Notes under the pieces: model-generated
The model's input: the letters and a program-made list of their open reading frames with translations, nothing else
The model's database searches: none
Told to the model about the DNA's origin: nothing
Part shown: positions 18,613 to 26,548 of the stretch, piece after piece
Numbering within the stretch: position 1 is the stretch's first letter
Layout of the letters: every line of letters starts with the position of its first letter
Program-made: the position numbers and the translations under genes
Origin: a virus
Lineage: Duplodnaviria; Caudoviricetes
IMG/VR virus record: IMGVR_UViG_3300031452_000036
Location: 1 to 42,766 of that record
DNA: 42,766 nucleotides
Strand: one strand, 5' to 3'

Positions 18613-18894
18613 GTGAGGATCAAGGAAGTACAGCCCGGCTGTGGGCTGGTCGTGGAACTGATGCCCGACGACTGCTATACCCTGGCGCTCGCGTGCAGAG
18701 AGGCCGCGTTTACCCAATCCGAGGCGAGTAAGGGCCACGACAACGCCGCCGTCCAGGCCCTCCTGTTCGACACGTTCGCCTGCCTGTTCGAGGCGTGCGC
18801 CCTGGCCGGGGCCGCGCCGGGCTTGCTCGGGAGCAAGGAGTCGGCCACGTACACCGTCGAGGGTATCCGCGCGCTGTGGGGGGTGGCGTCGTGA
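18613..18894 (+). CDS. Hypothetical protein, 'VELxxxDCxxLxxAC' family paralog
   Basis: MRIKEVQP...VVELMPDDCYTLALAC; four paralogs in the window. Confidence 0.65.
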   Translation: MRIKEVQPGCGLVVELMPDDCYTLALACREAAFTQSEASKGHDNAAVQALLFDTFACLFEACALAGAAPGLLGSKESATYTVEGIRALWGVAS

Positions 18895-19202
18895 AGATCG
18901 TCACGATTACGCCGCTGACGGTCTCCGTGGAGTTGGATATCGCCGACTGCATCGCCTTGTGCGACGCCTGCATGTACCGCGCCGACGACTGGGATGCCGG
19001 GAACGCCTCGACGCTGCTGAAAGCCCTGGGGATGGGCCTGCTCGGCTCGGCGTTCGCGGCGTATGACGCGGACGGCGACGAGCACCCGACGATCCGGCAG
19101 ATGTGGGAGGTCTGGGCCCCGATCGTCTGCGTCGGCGCGCACGACTATCGGCGGATGCCGGTGCCGAAGGAGTACGCCGAGCAGCGGGGCTTCGAGGACT
19201 GA
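18891..19202 (+). CDS. Hypothetical protein, 'VELxxxDCxxLxxAC' family paralog
   Basis: GTG start overlapping the previous stop; VELDIADCIALCDAC...MWEVWAP...RMPVP. Confidence 0.65.
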   Translation: MKIVTITPLTVSVELDIADCIALCDACMYRADDWDAGNASTLLKALGMGLLGSAFAAYDADGDEHPTIRQMWEVWAPIVCVGAHDYRRMPVPKEYAEQRGFED

Positions 19203-19205
19203 GGG

Positions 19206-19246
19206 CCGACCGGGGCGGCGGCGCTGGTGCCGCCGCCCCGTATACT
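19206..19246 (+). repeat. Hairpin + TATACT repeat, inverted copy at 22389-22429
   Basis: CCGACCGGGGCGGCGGCGCTGGTGCCGYCGCCCYGTATACT; two mismatches between copies, both compatible with G-U pairing. Confidence 0.85.
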
Positions 19247-19267
19247 CTTCGATGACAAGGAGGAAAT

Positions 19268-19969
19268 ATGAAAAACGTGGAAGAAACGAGCAAGGCACTT
19301 GCCACGCTACGCGCCTACCTAGCATCACAAAGCAAAGAGGCCACCGGCTATGTCTACTTCTTCCAAGCGGAAATGGGTGGGCCAGTCAAGATCGGCTATT
19401 CCGGTAGCCCGCGAGCACGTAGGAAGGAATTGCAGACAGGACATGGTGAGGTGATTGTTTGTCTCGGCTACCTCCGGGGTACCAAGCAGTCGGAGTCGAT
19501 GCTACATCACGCTTTTGCTGATCAGCGGGTACGCGGGGAGTGGTTCGCGCCCGCCCCCATGCTAACCAACCTCATCGGCGAGATCGCTATCACTGACGAT
19601 CCAGGGATGCAACGTGCTCGGAAGATTGTCAAAGTTCAAACATCCACCGTGCCAGTAGAACTGCCGCGCAATCCGCAGACAGTGAAGCCCAATATGGGTT
19701 TCCGTCTCGAACCGCCGACGCCCATCCCCTGCCCACGTTGCGGCGAGATGATCCCGCCCGGCCACTATTGGGAACGCAAAGGCAAGACGGAAGGATTCGG
19801 CAACGTGTGGGTGATGCGCCACCGTAAAGAGAGCGGCAAATGGTGCTTGCTCTATGCCGGAGCGGCCGAACTGCTCGCTCTTTTCGCCGAGTACCAACCC
19901 GACTGGTGGGACACGGCGGCGCAATTAATGGGATTGCAAAGCAATGAACAAGTGGGGCGGGATAATTAG
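19268..19969 (+). CDS. GIY-YIG (T5orf172-like) nuclease fused to a C-terminal Zn-finger-like domain
   Basis: GYVYFFQAEMGGPVKIGYSGSPRARRKELQTG...ESMLHHAF...RVRGEWF; C-terminal CPRCG...RH...C..YAGAA. Confidence 0.8.
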   Translation: MKNVEETSKALATLRAYLASQSKEATGYVYFFQAEMGGPVKIGYSGSPRARRKELQTGHGEVIVCLGYLRGTKQSESMLHHAFADQRVRGEWFAPAPMLTNLIGEIAITDDPGMQRARKIVKVQTSTVPVELPRNPQTVKPNMGFRLEPPTPIPCPRCGEMIPPGHYWERKGKTEGFGNVWVMRHRKESGKWCLLYAGAAELLALFAEYQPDWWDTAAQLMGLQSNEQVGRDN

Positions 19970-19980
19970 CCCGCCCCACT
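19951..19980. other. Palindrome with TAATTA core
   Basis: AGTGGGGCGGG-ATAATTAG-CCCGCCCCACT. Confidence 0.75.
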
Positions 19981-20026
19981 CATATATCCCCCGCCGAGGC
20001 GGTGTAGGCGCTCGTGAATCGCGTTG

Positions 20027-20058
20027 CTACTGTAGCACGGCTGTTCGGGTTTGTCTAG
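20027..20058 (-). promoter_or_regulatory. Promoter-like direct repeat, copy 2
   Basis: CTACTGTAGCACGGCTGTTCGGGTTTGTCTAG; minus TAGACA-N17-TACAGT with TG extension; the -35 overlaps the stop codon of the upstream gene. Confidence 0.75.
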
Positions 20059-20858
20059 GGTGTGGCGTTGCCGACCGCGAAGGTAGGATTCTTATCCTGC
20101 TTGAATACCAGCTTCAGATCGGTCGCATTGGGAGCAACATCGAAAACCACGTGATACGTGACGTTCACCCCTGGCGGTACCTGACCCCCAATGCGCTGTG
20201 CCCCCTTGTATCCCGAGTACTCGTAGGAAGCACCGCCATCGGTGGAAACCTTGTAGGTGATACCATTGGCGGCCAGTAATTCAAGGTCGGTCGTGTTGAC
20301 GCCGAAGTTGGTATTGCCGGTGTTCTTCATGTCAACGACCACGACGAACCATGTGCCTGCCGCCGTTGACTTGTTGCCATACTGCGACCAGACAAGTTCT
20401 TTCCCCGGTCGGACCACGTTGTTGACGGCGAGATCCCAGTTCTTCACGCTGGCAAGCTCGTTCAGGCCGTAGACCTTGGGCGGTGGTACGGGCGTATTGG
20501 TCGGCTTGGCGGTCTGTTCAGGCTTCGGCGTGTTCGTCGGTTTCGCCGCATCGGTTGGTTTCGCTGTCGTTACTGAGGTGGCAGTCACGGTGGCGGCTTG
20601 TCCCACCGCCGCAACGGTCGTGCCGCCCGGCGCGCTGGTTGGCGCTTGCGCGGCAACCGTGGGTGTCGCACTCCCTCCGCCGCGAGCCACGGCCACAATA
20701 CCGATCAGCCCGCAGACAAGACAGAGCGCAAGCACCGCGCCCGCGCCGATCAAGAGGCGATTGCGCCGCTTTTTCGCGGGCAGTGGCGGTGCCGGGGTGT
20801 AGGGGTAGGGCGGCTGATCGGGGTACGGCTGCGGTGGCGGACCCGGCGGCGTGCTCAT
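20055..20858 (-). CDS. Membrane-anchored DUF4352-like surface protein
   Basis: Pro-rich N-terminus, TM helix, TP linker, then AAGTWFVVVVDMKNTG...QVPPGVNVTYHVVFDVAP Ig-like domain. Confidence 0.7.
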   Translation of the reverse strand: MSTPPGPPPQPYPDQPPYPYTPAPPLPAKKRRNRLLIGAGAVLALCLVCGLIGIVAVARGGGSATPTVAAQAPTSAPGGTTVAAVGQAATVTATSVTTAKPTDAAKPTNTPKPEQTAKPTNTPVPPPKVYGLNELASVKNWDLAVNNVVRPGKELVWSQYGNKSTAAGTWFVVVVDMKNTGNTNFGVNTTDLELLAANGITYKVSTDGGASYEYSGYKGAQRIGGQVPPGVNVTYHVVFDVAPNATDLKLVFKQDKNPTFAVGNATP

Positions 20859-20891
20859 GCTTCCCCCTGCGGCGTATACGATAAGGCCCGC

Positions 20892-20938
20892 ATAGTAGGT
20901 CACGTCGCACTTGTCGTCAAGAAAGCGCGGGCTGCGTC
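20892..20938 (-). promoter_or_regulatory. Promoter TTGACG-N17-TACTAT; 36-bp segment repeated at 29475-29510
   Basis: CGTCGCACTTGTCGTCAAGAAAGCG(C/A)GGGCTGCGTC present at both sites with one mismatch. Confidence 0.7.
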
Positions 20939-20950
20939 AAGTGAGGCGCG

Positions 20951-21289
20951 TCAAGCACGGCGATGGTCGCGTTTCTTTGTCCGTTGCGCCGAGCGCGCTA
21001 TCTGGCGGCGATAGCGCGAGTGCCACGTCGCCTGTCCCTCTGGGGACTCCCATGCTTGTTTGAGCAGCGGCGCGAGGCGGACATTCCCCGCCTCGGTAAA
21101 TACGCCGAGCGGCGCGAAGGCGCTAGTGATGACGACATCAAAGGCTTTTACGAACTCACCCGTCGCAGTTACTATCGGCTTGAACGCCACCGCCAAGTTG
21201 TAGCGCAAATTCTCGATGAGGATCGCGTCAACATTGATCCCGATGCGGCCATGCGCCGGGATGACCGCCCGATCCTGTTGTTCGTCCAT
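20951..21289 (-). CDS. Hypothetical protein
   Basis: 112 aa, GGGGGAG RBS, co-directional with the HNH gene. Confidence 0.55.
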   Translation of the reverse strand: MDEQQDRAVIPAHGRIGINVDAILIENLRYNLAVAFKPIVTATGEFVKAFDVVITSAFAPLGVFTEAGNVRLAPLLKQAWESPEGQATWHSRYRRQIARSAQRTKKRDHRRA

Positions 21290-21333
21290 CGCTCCCCCTG
21301 TTTCCTCGCCCTCATCGTCGCCGTGGCCGTCAA

Positions 21334-22368
21334 TCAGCGAGTGGTAGATCGTGCGCGCCTTCTATATTCCCGCCTGAGAAACATCTCGCGCCTGATGTGG
21401 CAAGAGGCACAGAGCGTCACCAGATTGCCTAAATCGTTAGCGGCGATGTAATCGTAGCCGAATGCTTTGCGTGGGCGGAGATGGTGGACGTGGTGTGCCG
21501 ACTGCTCCTGGCGTAGGCCGCAATCTAGGCACGTATAGTCGTCTCGCTCGCGGGCTAGGCGTGACTGTTCCGGCCAGTTTTGCCCATAGAGTCCGTTGGT
21601 AAACGCTCCGGTAGGGTCGCTTGCAGATGGTGGGTGAGCGCAAGCGCGTGAACAGAAACGCCCGCTACCCTTCCTGACCTGCGCGTGAAAGATACGAAAC
21701 CGCTTGCCGCACACCTCGCAGGTGAATTCGGCTGTACGCCCACGCGATTTCGTCGCCCCGCAACTCGGACATAGCTTCTTCTGCGACAGCGTACCGTCAG
21801 CAAGGCGAATCGAGAATACTTCCCCACAGCGCATGCAGGTGCGTGTCGGGTCCGGTTGGGCTTTCGCACGTTCCCGCGCCGCGCAAGATTTGGAGCAATA
21901 ACGCGAGCTTCTCCCATGACTTTTCGGAACGAATTCTTTCCCGCAGTAGGCGCACCGTCTGGCCTGCTTGCGCCTGCGCCGTGGCCCGCCCTGCGCGGCG
22001 TAGCGTGCCTCAGAAGAACACTCCTTACACGTTGCTCGTCGCCCGCATGCGCCCTCGCCCAAGTTGAAGGCGACGAGCAGCTTCGTCTTGCCGCAACGCT
22101 TGCAGACCTTCGTCTCCGACCAAGGCTGCGCCTTAGGCTTCTTCCCGAAGCCGAGCGTGTCGAGATCGGTACGCCGAAAGTAGCGGAATTTCCAGTTCGA
22201 CGCGCAGGCATGGATAGGGATAGGTTTCGCTCTCATGCGTCGGGATAGCGTCTCGTCGCTCACGCCTAAATACGCGCTCGCTTGCGCTCTTGTCAAAAAA
22301 GCACCCGTCGCCAATTCCGAATCAGTGAGCGGCGATGGCGGCGTGTCAGAATACAATGTCTCGCCCAT
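21334..22368 (-). CDS. HNH endonuclease with N-terminal HTH_17-like domain and Zn-finger repeats
   Basis: FLTRAQASAYLGVSDETLSR; multiple CxxC; ARERDDYTCLDCG...HVHHLRP...ANDLGNLVTLCASCH. Confidence 0.85.
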   Translation of the reverse strand: MGETLYSDTPPSPLTDSELATGAFLTRAQASAYLGVSDETLSRRMRAKPIPIHACASNWKFRYFRRTDLDTLGFGKKPKAQPWSETKVCKRCGKTKLLVAFNLGEGACGRRATCKECSSEARYAAQGGPRRRRKQARRCAYCGKEFVPKSHGRSSRYCSKSCAARERAKAQPDPTRTCMRCGEVFSIRLADGTLSQKKLCPSCGATKSRGRTAEFTCEVCGKRFRIFHAQVRKGSGRFCSRACAHPPSASDPTGAFTNGLYGQNWPEQSRLARERDDYTCLDCGLRQEQSAHHVHHLRPRKAFGYDYIAANDLGNLVTLCASCHIRREMFLRREYRRRARSTTR

Positions 22369-22432
22369 GACACCCTCTCCTTATGGCAAGTATACAGGGC
22401 GACGGCACCAGCGCCGCCGCCCCGGTCGGTCG

Positions 22433-22738
22433 TCAGTCAGCGTATTCGGGCGGCACCGGCATCCGGCCATAGGTCGGCCTGCCGTCCGCAAAGCCCGTGT
22501 ACACCAGCGGTGCCCACACGCGCCAGAGGTGCGCGAACGTGCGTTCCTCGTCGGTGTCCGGGGCGAAGATGGCGAGGGCGGCGACGAGCAACGCCGCACC
22601 CTGCGCCTCGATCTGCGGTACGGGGTATTCGTAGTCGTAGTGCGCGGTGGCCTTCTTGCAGGCGACATAGAACGCGATGCAGTCGGTGGGGTCCAGTTCC
22701 ACGGTCAGCGTCAGCGGGGCGACCTTGACGATCTTCAT
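22433..22738 (-). CDS. Hypothetical protein, 'VELxxxDCxxLxxAC' family paralog
   Basis: MKIVKVAPLTLTVELDPTDCIAFYVAC...LWRVWAP...RMPVPPEYAD. Confidence 0.65.
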   Translation of the reverse strand: MKIVKVAPLTLTVELDPTDCIAFYVACKKATAHYDYEYPVPQIEAQGAALLVAALAIFAPDTDEERTFAHLWRVWAPLVYTGFADGRPTYGRMPVPPEYAD

Positions 22739-23061
22739 TCCGCCACCTGGCCTTCCGCCACGTCGCCGATGAACGGGACGAAGCGTAGCGGGACCGGGAT
22801 ACGCGCGGGCGGGACGCTATCGGTATCCAGCGGTGCCCACCAGGCCCACATCCGGGCCGGGGTGCGGGGTGCGTCGTCGTTGCTGCTGGCGTAGGCGGCG
22901 TAGCCCGCGCTCAGGAACGTCGTGGCGAGGGCGCACAGATAGCTGTAGTCGATCGGGCTGTCGGCGCTCAGCGCGTGCCCACAGGCGCACGCCAGGGCGA
23001 TACAGTCGGTCGTATCCAGTTCGACGGTCAGGTGATTGCTGGCGATACCGATGATCTTCAC
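22735..23061 (-). CDS. Hypothetical protein, 'VELxxxDCxxLxxAC' family paralog
   Basis: GTG start; LTVELDTTDCIALACAC...MWAWWAP...RIPVP. Confidence 0.65.
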   Translation of the reverse strand: MKIIGIASNHLTVELDTTDCIALACACGHALSADSPIDYSYLCALATTFLSAGYAAYASSNDDAPRTPARMWAWWAPLDTDSVPPARIPVPLRFVPFIGDVAEGQVAE

Positions 23062-23139
23062 GGGACACGCTCCATTCCTCATTCAGCGGTAGCGGGCGTG
23101 CGGCGGGCCTTGGCGGGACACCGCCGCGCGCGACAACGA

Positions 23140-23583
23140 TCAGGCGGCGAGCGGCAGGGCCAGGGCACCGAGGGCCGTGCAGGCGGCGGAACGGCGTCGC
23201 CGCCATTCGCACCGCGCCGCCGTGAGTGCCGTCACGTCGGACGACAGGGCCCGCCCGGTGCGCGCCCGGTAGGTCGTCACGCACAGCCGGTGCTTCTTGC
23301 CGTAGCGGAGCAATTGATCGTCGGTCAGCCAGCGGACGGCGAGCATCGCGGGGGAGGCGAGCCACGCGGCGGCGGCGTGGTCGGCGTGCCAGCAGCGGCG
23401 GTTGCACTCGCTCGCGCGACAGTCGCAGTGGGTCGTGCCGTCCGTGGTGTCCAGGGCGACGGTGTTGATCCGGTGCGCGTCGTGGCGGGAGGGGGCGATC
23501 AGGGCGACGATCCCGCTGTGGTCGTCGCAGCCGTGCAGGGCCAGTTCGGCGGGGCTGTGGTCGAGGGCGGTACGAAGGCTCAT
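23140..23583 (-). CDS. SWIM-type zinc-finger protein, paralog 2
   Basis: CDCRASECNRRCWH; AGGAG RBS before ATG 23583. Confidence 0.7.
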   Translation of the reverse strand: MSLRTALDHSPAELALHGCDDHSGIVALIAPSRHDAHRINTVALDTTDGTTHCDCRASECNRRCWHADHAAAAWLASPAMLAVRWLTDDQLLRYGKKHRLCVTTYRARTGRALSSDVTALTAARCEWRRRRSAACTALGALALPLAA

Positions 23584-23684
23584 GGTACACTTGCTCCTGT
23601 TCTGGGACTTCGGCCCCGGTTCACTCGATGGCGTTGCGGGATTGCTTACCAGGGCCAAACCGCAACGCCATTCCCATACTCAGG

Positions 23685-23760
23685 ATTATAGCACTTCCTA
23701 ATGTCGAAGTCAATAGTTTACTAAGTATCTATTGCAAAATGACGCAACTTCCTCTATACT
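23685..23760. promoter_or_regulatory. Divergent sigma70 promoter pair (module 2)
   Basis: Minus TTGACT-N17-TATAAT with TG extension; plus TTGCAA-N17-TATACT; ACTTCCT repeated in both spacers. Confidence 0.75.
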
Positions 23761-23798
23761 GACACTATTGAAACGTGAGTATTCGCGGGGAGCGTGCG

Positions 23799-24026
23799 AT
23801 GCATTGGCGGTTGAGGGAAATCGCAGAGCCGGAGCGTTGGAACGCCAAACGGTTAGCTGAGGCGACCGGGCTGGCGTACAACACCGTCTGGGGTATCTGG
23901 ACCAACAAGAGCAAGCGTGCCGATCTGGAAACGTTGGCGACGTTGGCGCGGGTGTTGGGGGTGCAGCCAAGCGCGTTGATCAGCGACTTGGAACCAGGTG
24001 ACGGGCAAGTAAAACTCGCCGCCTGA
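23799..24026 (+). CDS. Cro/C1-type (HTH_26) repressor
   Basis: WRLREIA...AKRLAEATGLAYNTV...RADLETLATLARVLGVQPSALI. Confidence 0.85.
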   Translation: MHWRLREIAEPERWNAKRLAEATGLAYNTVWGIWTNKSKRADLETLATLARVLGVQPSALISDLEPGDGQVKLAA

Positions 24027-24047
24027 ATCAACCAGGCGGCGAGTAGC

Positions 24048-24111
24048 AGAGGTTATTGCTTTACGGGCAGATTGAACCCTCCCGTAAAGCAATGCAAGTG
24101 TAGCAGAGGTA
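24048..24111 (+). ncRNA. Structured leader hairpin, copy 1
   Basis: 13-bp stem ATTGCTTTACGGG/CCCGTAAAGCAAT then AGTGTAGCAGAGGTA before the ATG; homologous to 24657-24721. Confidence 0.6.
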
Positions 24112-24115
24112 TGAG

Positions 24116-24658
24116 ATGCGTGAACAATTACCCCTAGAAGCAAAACGGTGCAGTACGTGTACAGCGAGAAAGCCGATCGAGGATTTCGGTATCGATCGCT
24201 CACAGAAGGATGGCCGAAGCGGAAGATGCAAAGCGTGCAGGTCTATAGCGGAAAAGACCAGCAAACAAAGATACCGTATGCGTCATGCCGAACAAGTGAG
24301 AGAAGCTAACCGAAAATGGTTTCAGGAGAATCGTCACAAATATGCGATTTACCGAAAAAACCACGCAATGCGCCATCCCGAAGCGTCGTTAGAACGCCAA
24401 CGAAAAACACGAGCGAAACACAAAGCACAACGCGATGGATATACGGTCTATCAGTTCTTCGATAGTGACGGCGAAGTCATCTACGTAGGCATGACCTGTG
24501 ACTGGTTACAGAGACAAAAGCAACACAGGATAAAACCTTGGTTCCCCGAAGTGGCAACAATTGCATTGGACAAGTATGAGGAGTTGGCGAAAGCAAGGGC
24601 ATCCGAGTCCCAATTGCTTCGGCAACACCGCCCTCGCTACTGCCTTCGTTTGTATTAG
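24116..24658 (+). CDS. GIY-YIG endonuclease with N-terminal Zn-finger DNA-binding region
   Basis: KRCSTCTARKPIEDF...DGRSGRCKAC; YTVYQFFDSDGEVIYVGMTCDWLQRQKQH; visibly lower GC. Confidence 0.75.
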   Translation: MREQLPLEAKRCSTCTARKPIEDFGIDRSQKDGRSGRCKACRSIAEKTSKQRYRMRHAEQVREANRKWFQENRHKYAIYRKNHAMRHPEASLERQRKTRAKHKAQRDGYTVYQFFDSDGEVIYVGMTCDWLQRQKQHRIKPWFPEVATIALDKYEELAKARASESQLLRQHRPRYCLRLY

Positions 24659-24721
24659 AGGTAGTTGTCTTGCGGGCAGATTCCAGCCTCCCCGCAAGGC
24701 AGCGCGAGTGTAGCAGAGGTA
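24657..24721 (+). ncRNA. Structured leader hairpin, copy 2
   Basis: 13-bp stem GTTGTCTTGCGGG/CCCGCAAGGCAGC then AGTGTAGCAGAGGTA before the ATG. Confidence 0.6.
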
Positions 24722-24724
24722 GCG

Positions 24725-25846
24725 ATGACAACAGAACTACGCGACCCCGGCGCGCTGCGGGCGCACCCGCTGAACGCCACGATCTACGGGGAGCCGGACG
24801 CCGACCCGGCCTTCATCGAGAGTATCCGTGAGGAAGGTATCCTCACCCCCTTGACCGTGGACCAGGACGACACGATCATCAGCGGCCACCGCCGCTGGCA
24901 CGCCGCGACGACCCTCGGACTGGACCGCGTGCCGGTCGTGGTGCGTGAGATCGCCGACCCGCTCGACGCGACCCGCCTGCTGATCGAGGCGAACCGCCAG
25001 CGCGAGAAGTCGTACAGCCAGCGGATGCGCGAGGCCGACGAGTGGGCGGGTGTCATGGCCGCGCAGGGCATGGCGCGCATGGCCGAGGGTGGACGACAGG
25101 GCGGGCGACTCGCCGGACGTGGCCGACCGATAGGGGTTGCGCCAATTGGCGCAACCCCTATGCCCGATGAGGTGGACGCAACTGCCGAGCGGTTCAACGA
25201 GCGCCGCAGCCGCACCTTCCAGCGCGAGCGGTACATCTGGCACATCGCCGAGGAACGCGGCGGCGACCGCGAGGCCGCGTCCCTGGTGGCGCGCGCGCTG
25301 GTGCAGAAGCTCGACGCCCGGGCGATCAGCGTATCGGCGGCGGAGGCGCAGTTGCGCGAGGCGGTGGAAACGACCGAACGGCGCGCGGCGCTACCGCCCG
25401 AGTCGCCGCGTCCGCTCCACCCCTCGTCGCAGCCCGATCCCTGGGACGAGCCGGATGCCGATCCCGACGCCGGGCTGTACTCGCGGCCCGAGCCGCCCGA
25501 ATGGTTGCATGGCGCGTTCGTTGACGCCGGATATATCGCGCCTACGTCCCCGCCGCCGCCACCCTCGCCACCCCCGCACGACGAACACGCCGAACTCACC
25601 GACACGATCCTCGGTGCCGACGCAGCGATCAACGACGGCGGCGTAGCGAAACACCTGCTGCTGACCAAACTGGGGCGCGACGTGCGGCACCTGCTCCTGT
25701 CCTACAAAGAGGACGATGTCTGCGCCGCGCTGGAACGCTACCCCGAACTCGATCACATCTTCACCGATCTCCATCGGTTGCGTCGCCTGATCGCCAACGT
25801 GGAGCGTCGTTGCACCGTGATTCGCGGCGGGCAGGGGGTGGGTTGA
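24725..25846 (+). CDS. ParB/Srx N-terminal domain protein
   Basis: LRAHPLNATIYG...FIESIREEGILTPLTVDQDDTIISGHRRWHAA..LGLDRVPV. Confidence 0.8.
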   Translation: MTTELRDPGALRAHPLNATIYGEPDADPAFIESIREEGILTPLTVDQDDTIISGHRRWHAATTLGLDRVPVVVREIADPLDATRLLIEANRQREKSYSQRMREADEWAGVMAAQGMARMAEGGRQGGRLAGRGRPIGVAPIGATPMPDEVDATAERFNERRSRTFQRERYIWHIAEERGGDREAASLVARALVQKLDARAISVSAAEAQLREAVETTERRAALPPESPRPLHPSSQPDPWDEPDADPDAGLYSRPEPPEWLHGAFVDAGYIAPTSPPPPPSPPPHDEHAELTDTILGADAAINDGGVAKHLLLTKLGRDVRHLLLSYKEDDVCAALERYPELDHIFTDLHRLRRLIANVERRCTVIRGGQGVG

Positions 25847-26385
25847 TGGGCTCGCGCAAGACGCTGATCGTCCACGCCGACCGGGTAGACCTGATCGCGC
25901 TGCTCCGGTCGTTGGCTGACAATGCTCCCGCGCGGGCGAACCTCACCGATCTGGCGGTGCGCGCCGTGGACGAGATCGAGCGTGAGGTCGCCGCCGATCC
26001 CGACCTGACCGACTGGTACGCGCGTGTCCGGCGCGGCGCGCTGGCCGACCGCGCCTACGCCGAACTGGCGCTGCTCCTCAAAGCCAAGCGGCTCGACGTG
26101 AAGCTGCCGTTCATGGCGCAGCCGATCCCGCTCAGTCCCCGCCAGGGCGTGCGCCTGAAAGGGATGCAGGAGTATCAGCAGACCTTGTTCCTGGCGTTCA
26201 CCTGGGACGAGTACGAGGCGTGGCGGGATGACTGGCTCGGGCGCTACGCGCGGGCGGGCGACATCCGGGCGATCATCACCCTGATCGATCGGGTGCGTCT
26301 CACCAACCCGAAGGTTGCGAGCATCGGCGCGGCGCTCCGCATGGGTGGGGCGAGTATCACCGCGATCATGGAGGACGCGGCCTGA
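25846..26385 (+). CDS. Hypothetical protein coupled to the ParB-like gene
   Basis: TGATG overlap; GC-rich coding pattern; 179 aa. Confidence 0.65.
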   Translation: MGSRKTLIVHADRVDLIALLRSLADNAPARANLTDLAVRAVDEIEREVAADPDLTDWYARVRRGALADRAYAELALLLKAKRLDVKLPFMAQPIPLSPRQGVRLKGMQEYQQTLFLAFTWDEYEAWRDDWLGRYARAGDIRAIITLIDRVRLTNPKVASIGAALRMGGASITAIMEDAA

Positions 26386-26435
26386 TCGACTGGCGGTATC
26401 TGCACGCGGCGTAGCGATCAGGGTCACAAGATGAA

Positions 26436-26459
26436 GGAGTGGGCTAATTAGCCCACTCC
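26436..26459. other. Perfect 24-bp palindrome with TAATTA core
   Basis: GGAGTGGGCTAATTAGCCCACTCC. Confidence 0.85.
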
Positions 26460-26505
26460 AATACGTTATCCGGCGTCTCTGGGACGCGCTCGCGCTTGCT
26501 ACTCC

Positions 26506-26537
26506 CTACTGTAGCACGGCTGTTCGGGTTTGTCTAG
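26506..26537 (-). promoter_or_regulatory. Promoter-like direct repeat, copy 3
   Basis: CTACTGTAGCACGGCTGTTCGGGTTTGTCTAG, identical to copy 2. Confidence 0.75.
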
Positions 26538-26548
26538 GGGATGACTGC

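Noticed and set aside
15214-26537. The 32-bp repeats as CRISPR repeats or integron attC sites
   Set aside because: Spaced 5-6 kb apart; lack attC R/L-box dyad structure; no integron integrase in the window; promoter geometry explains them better
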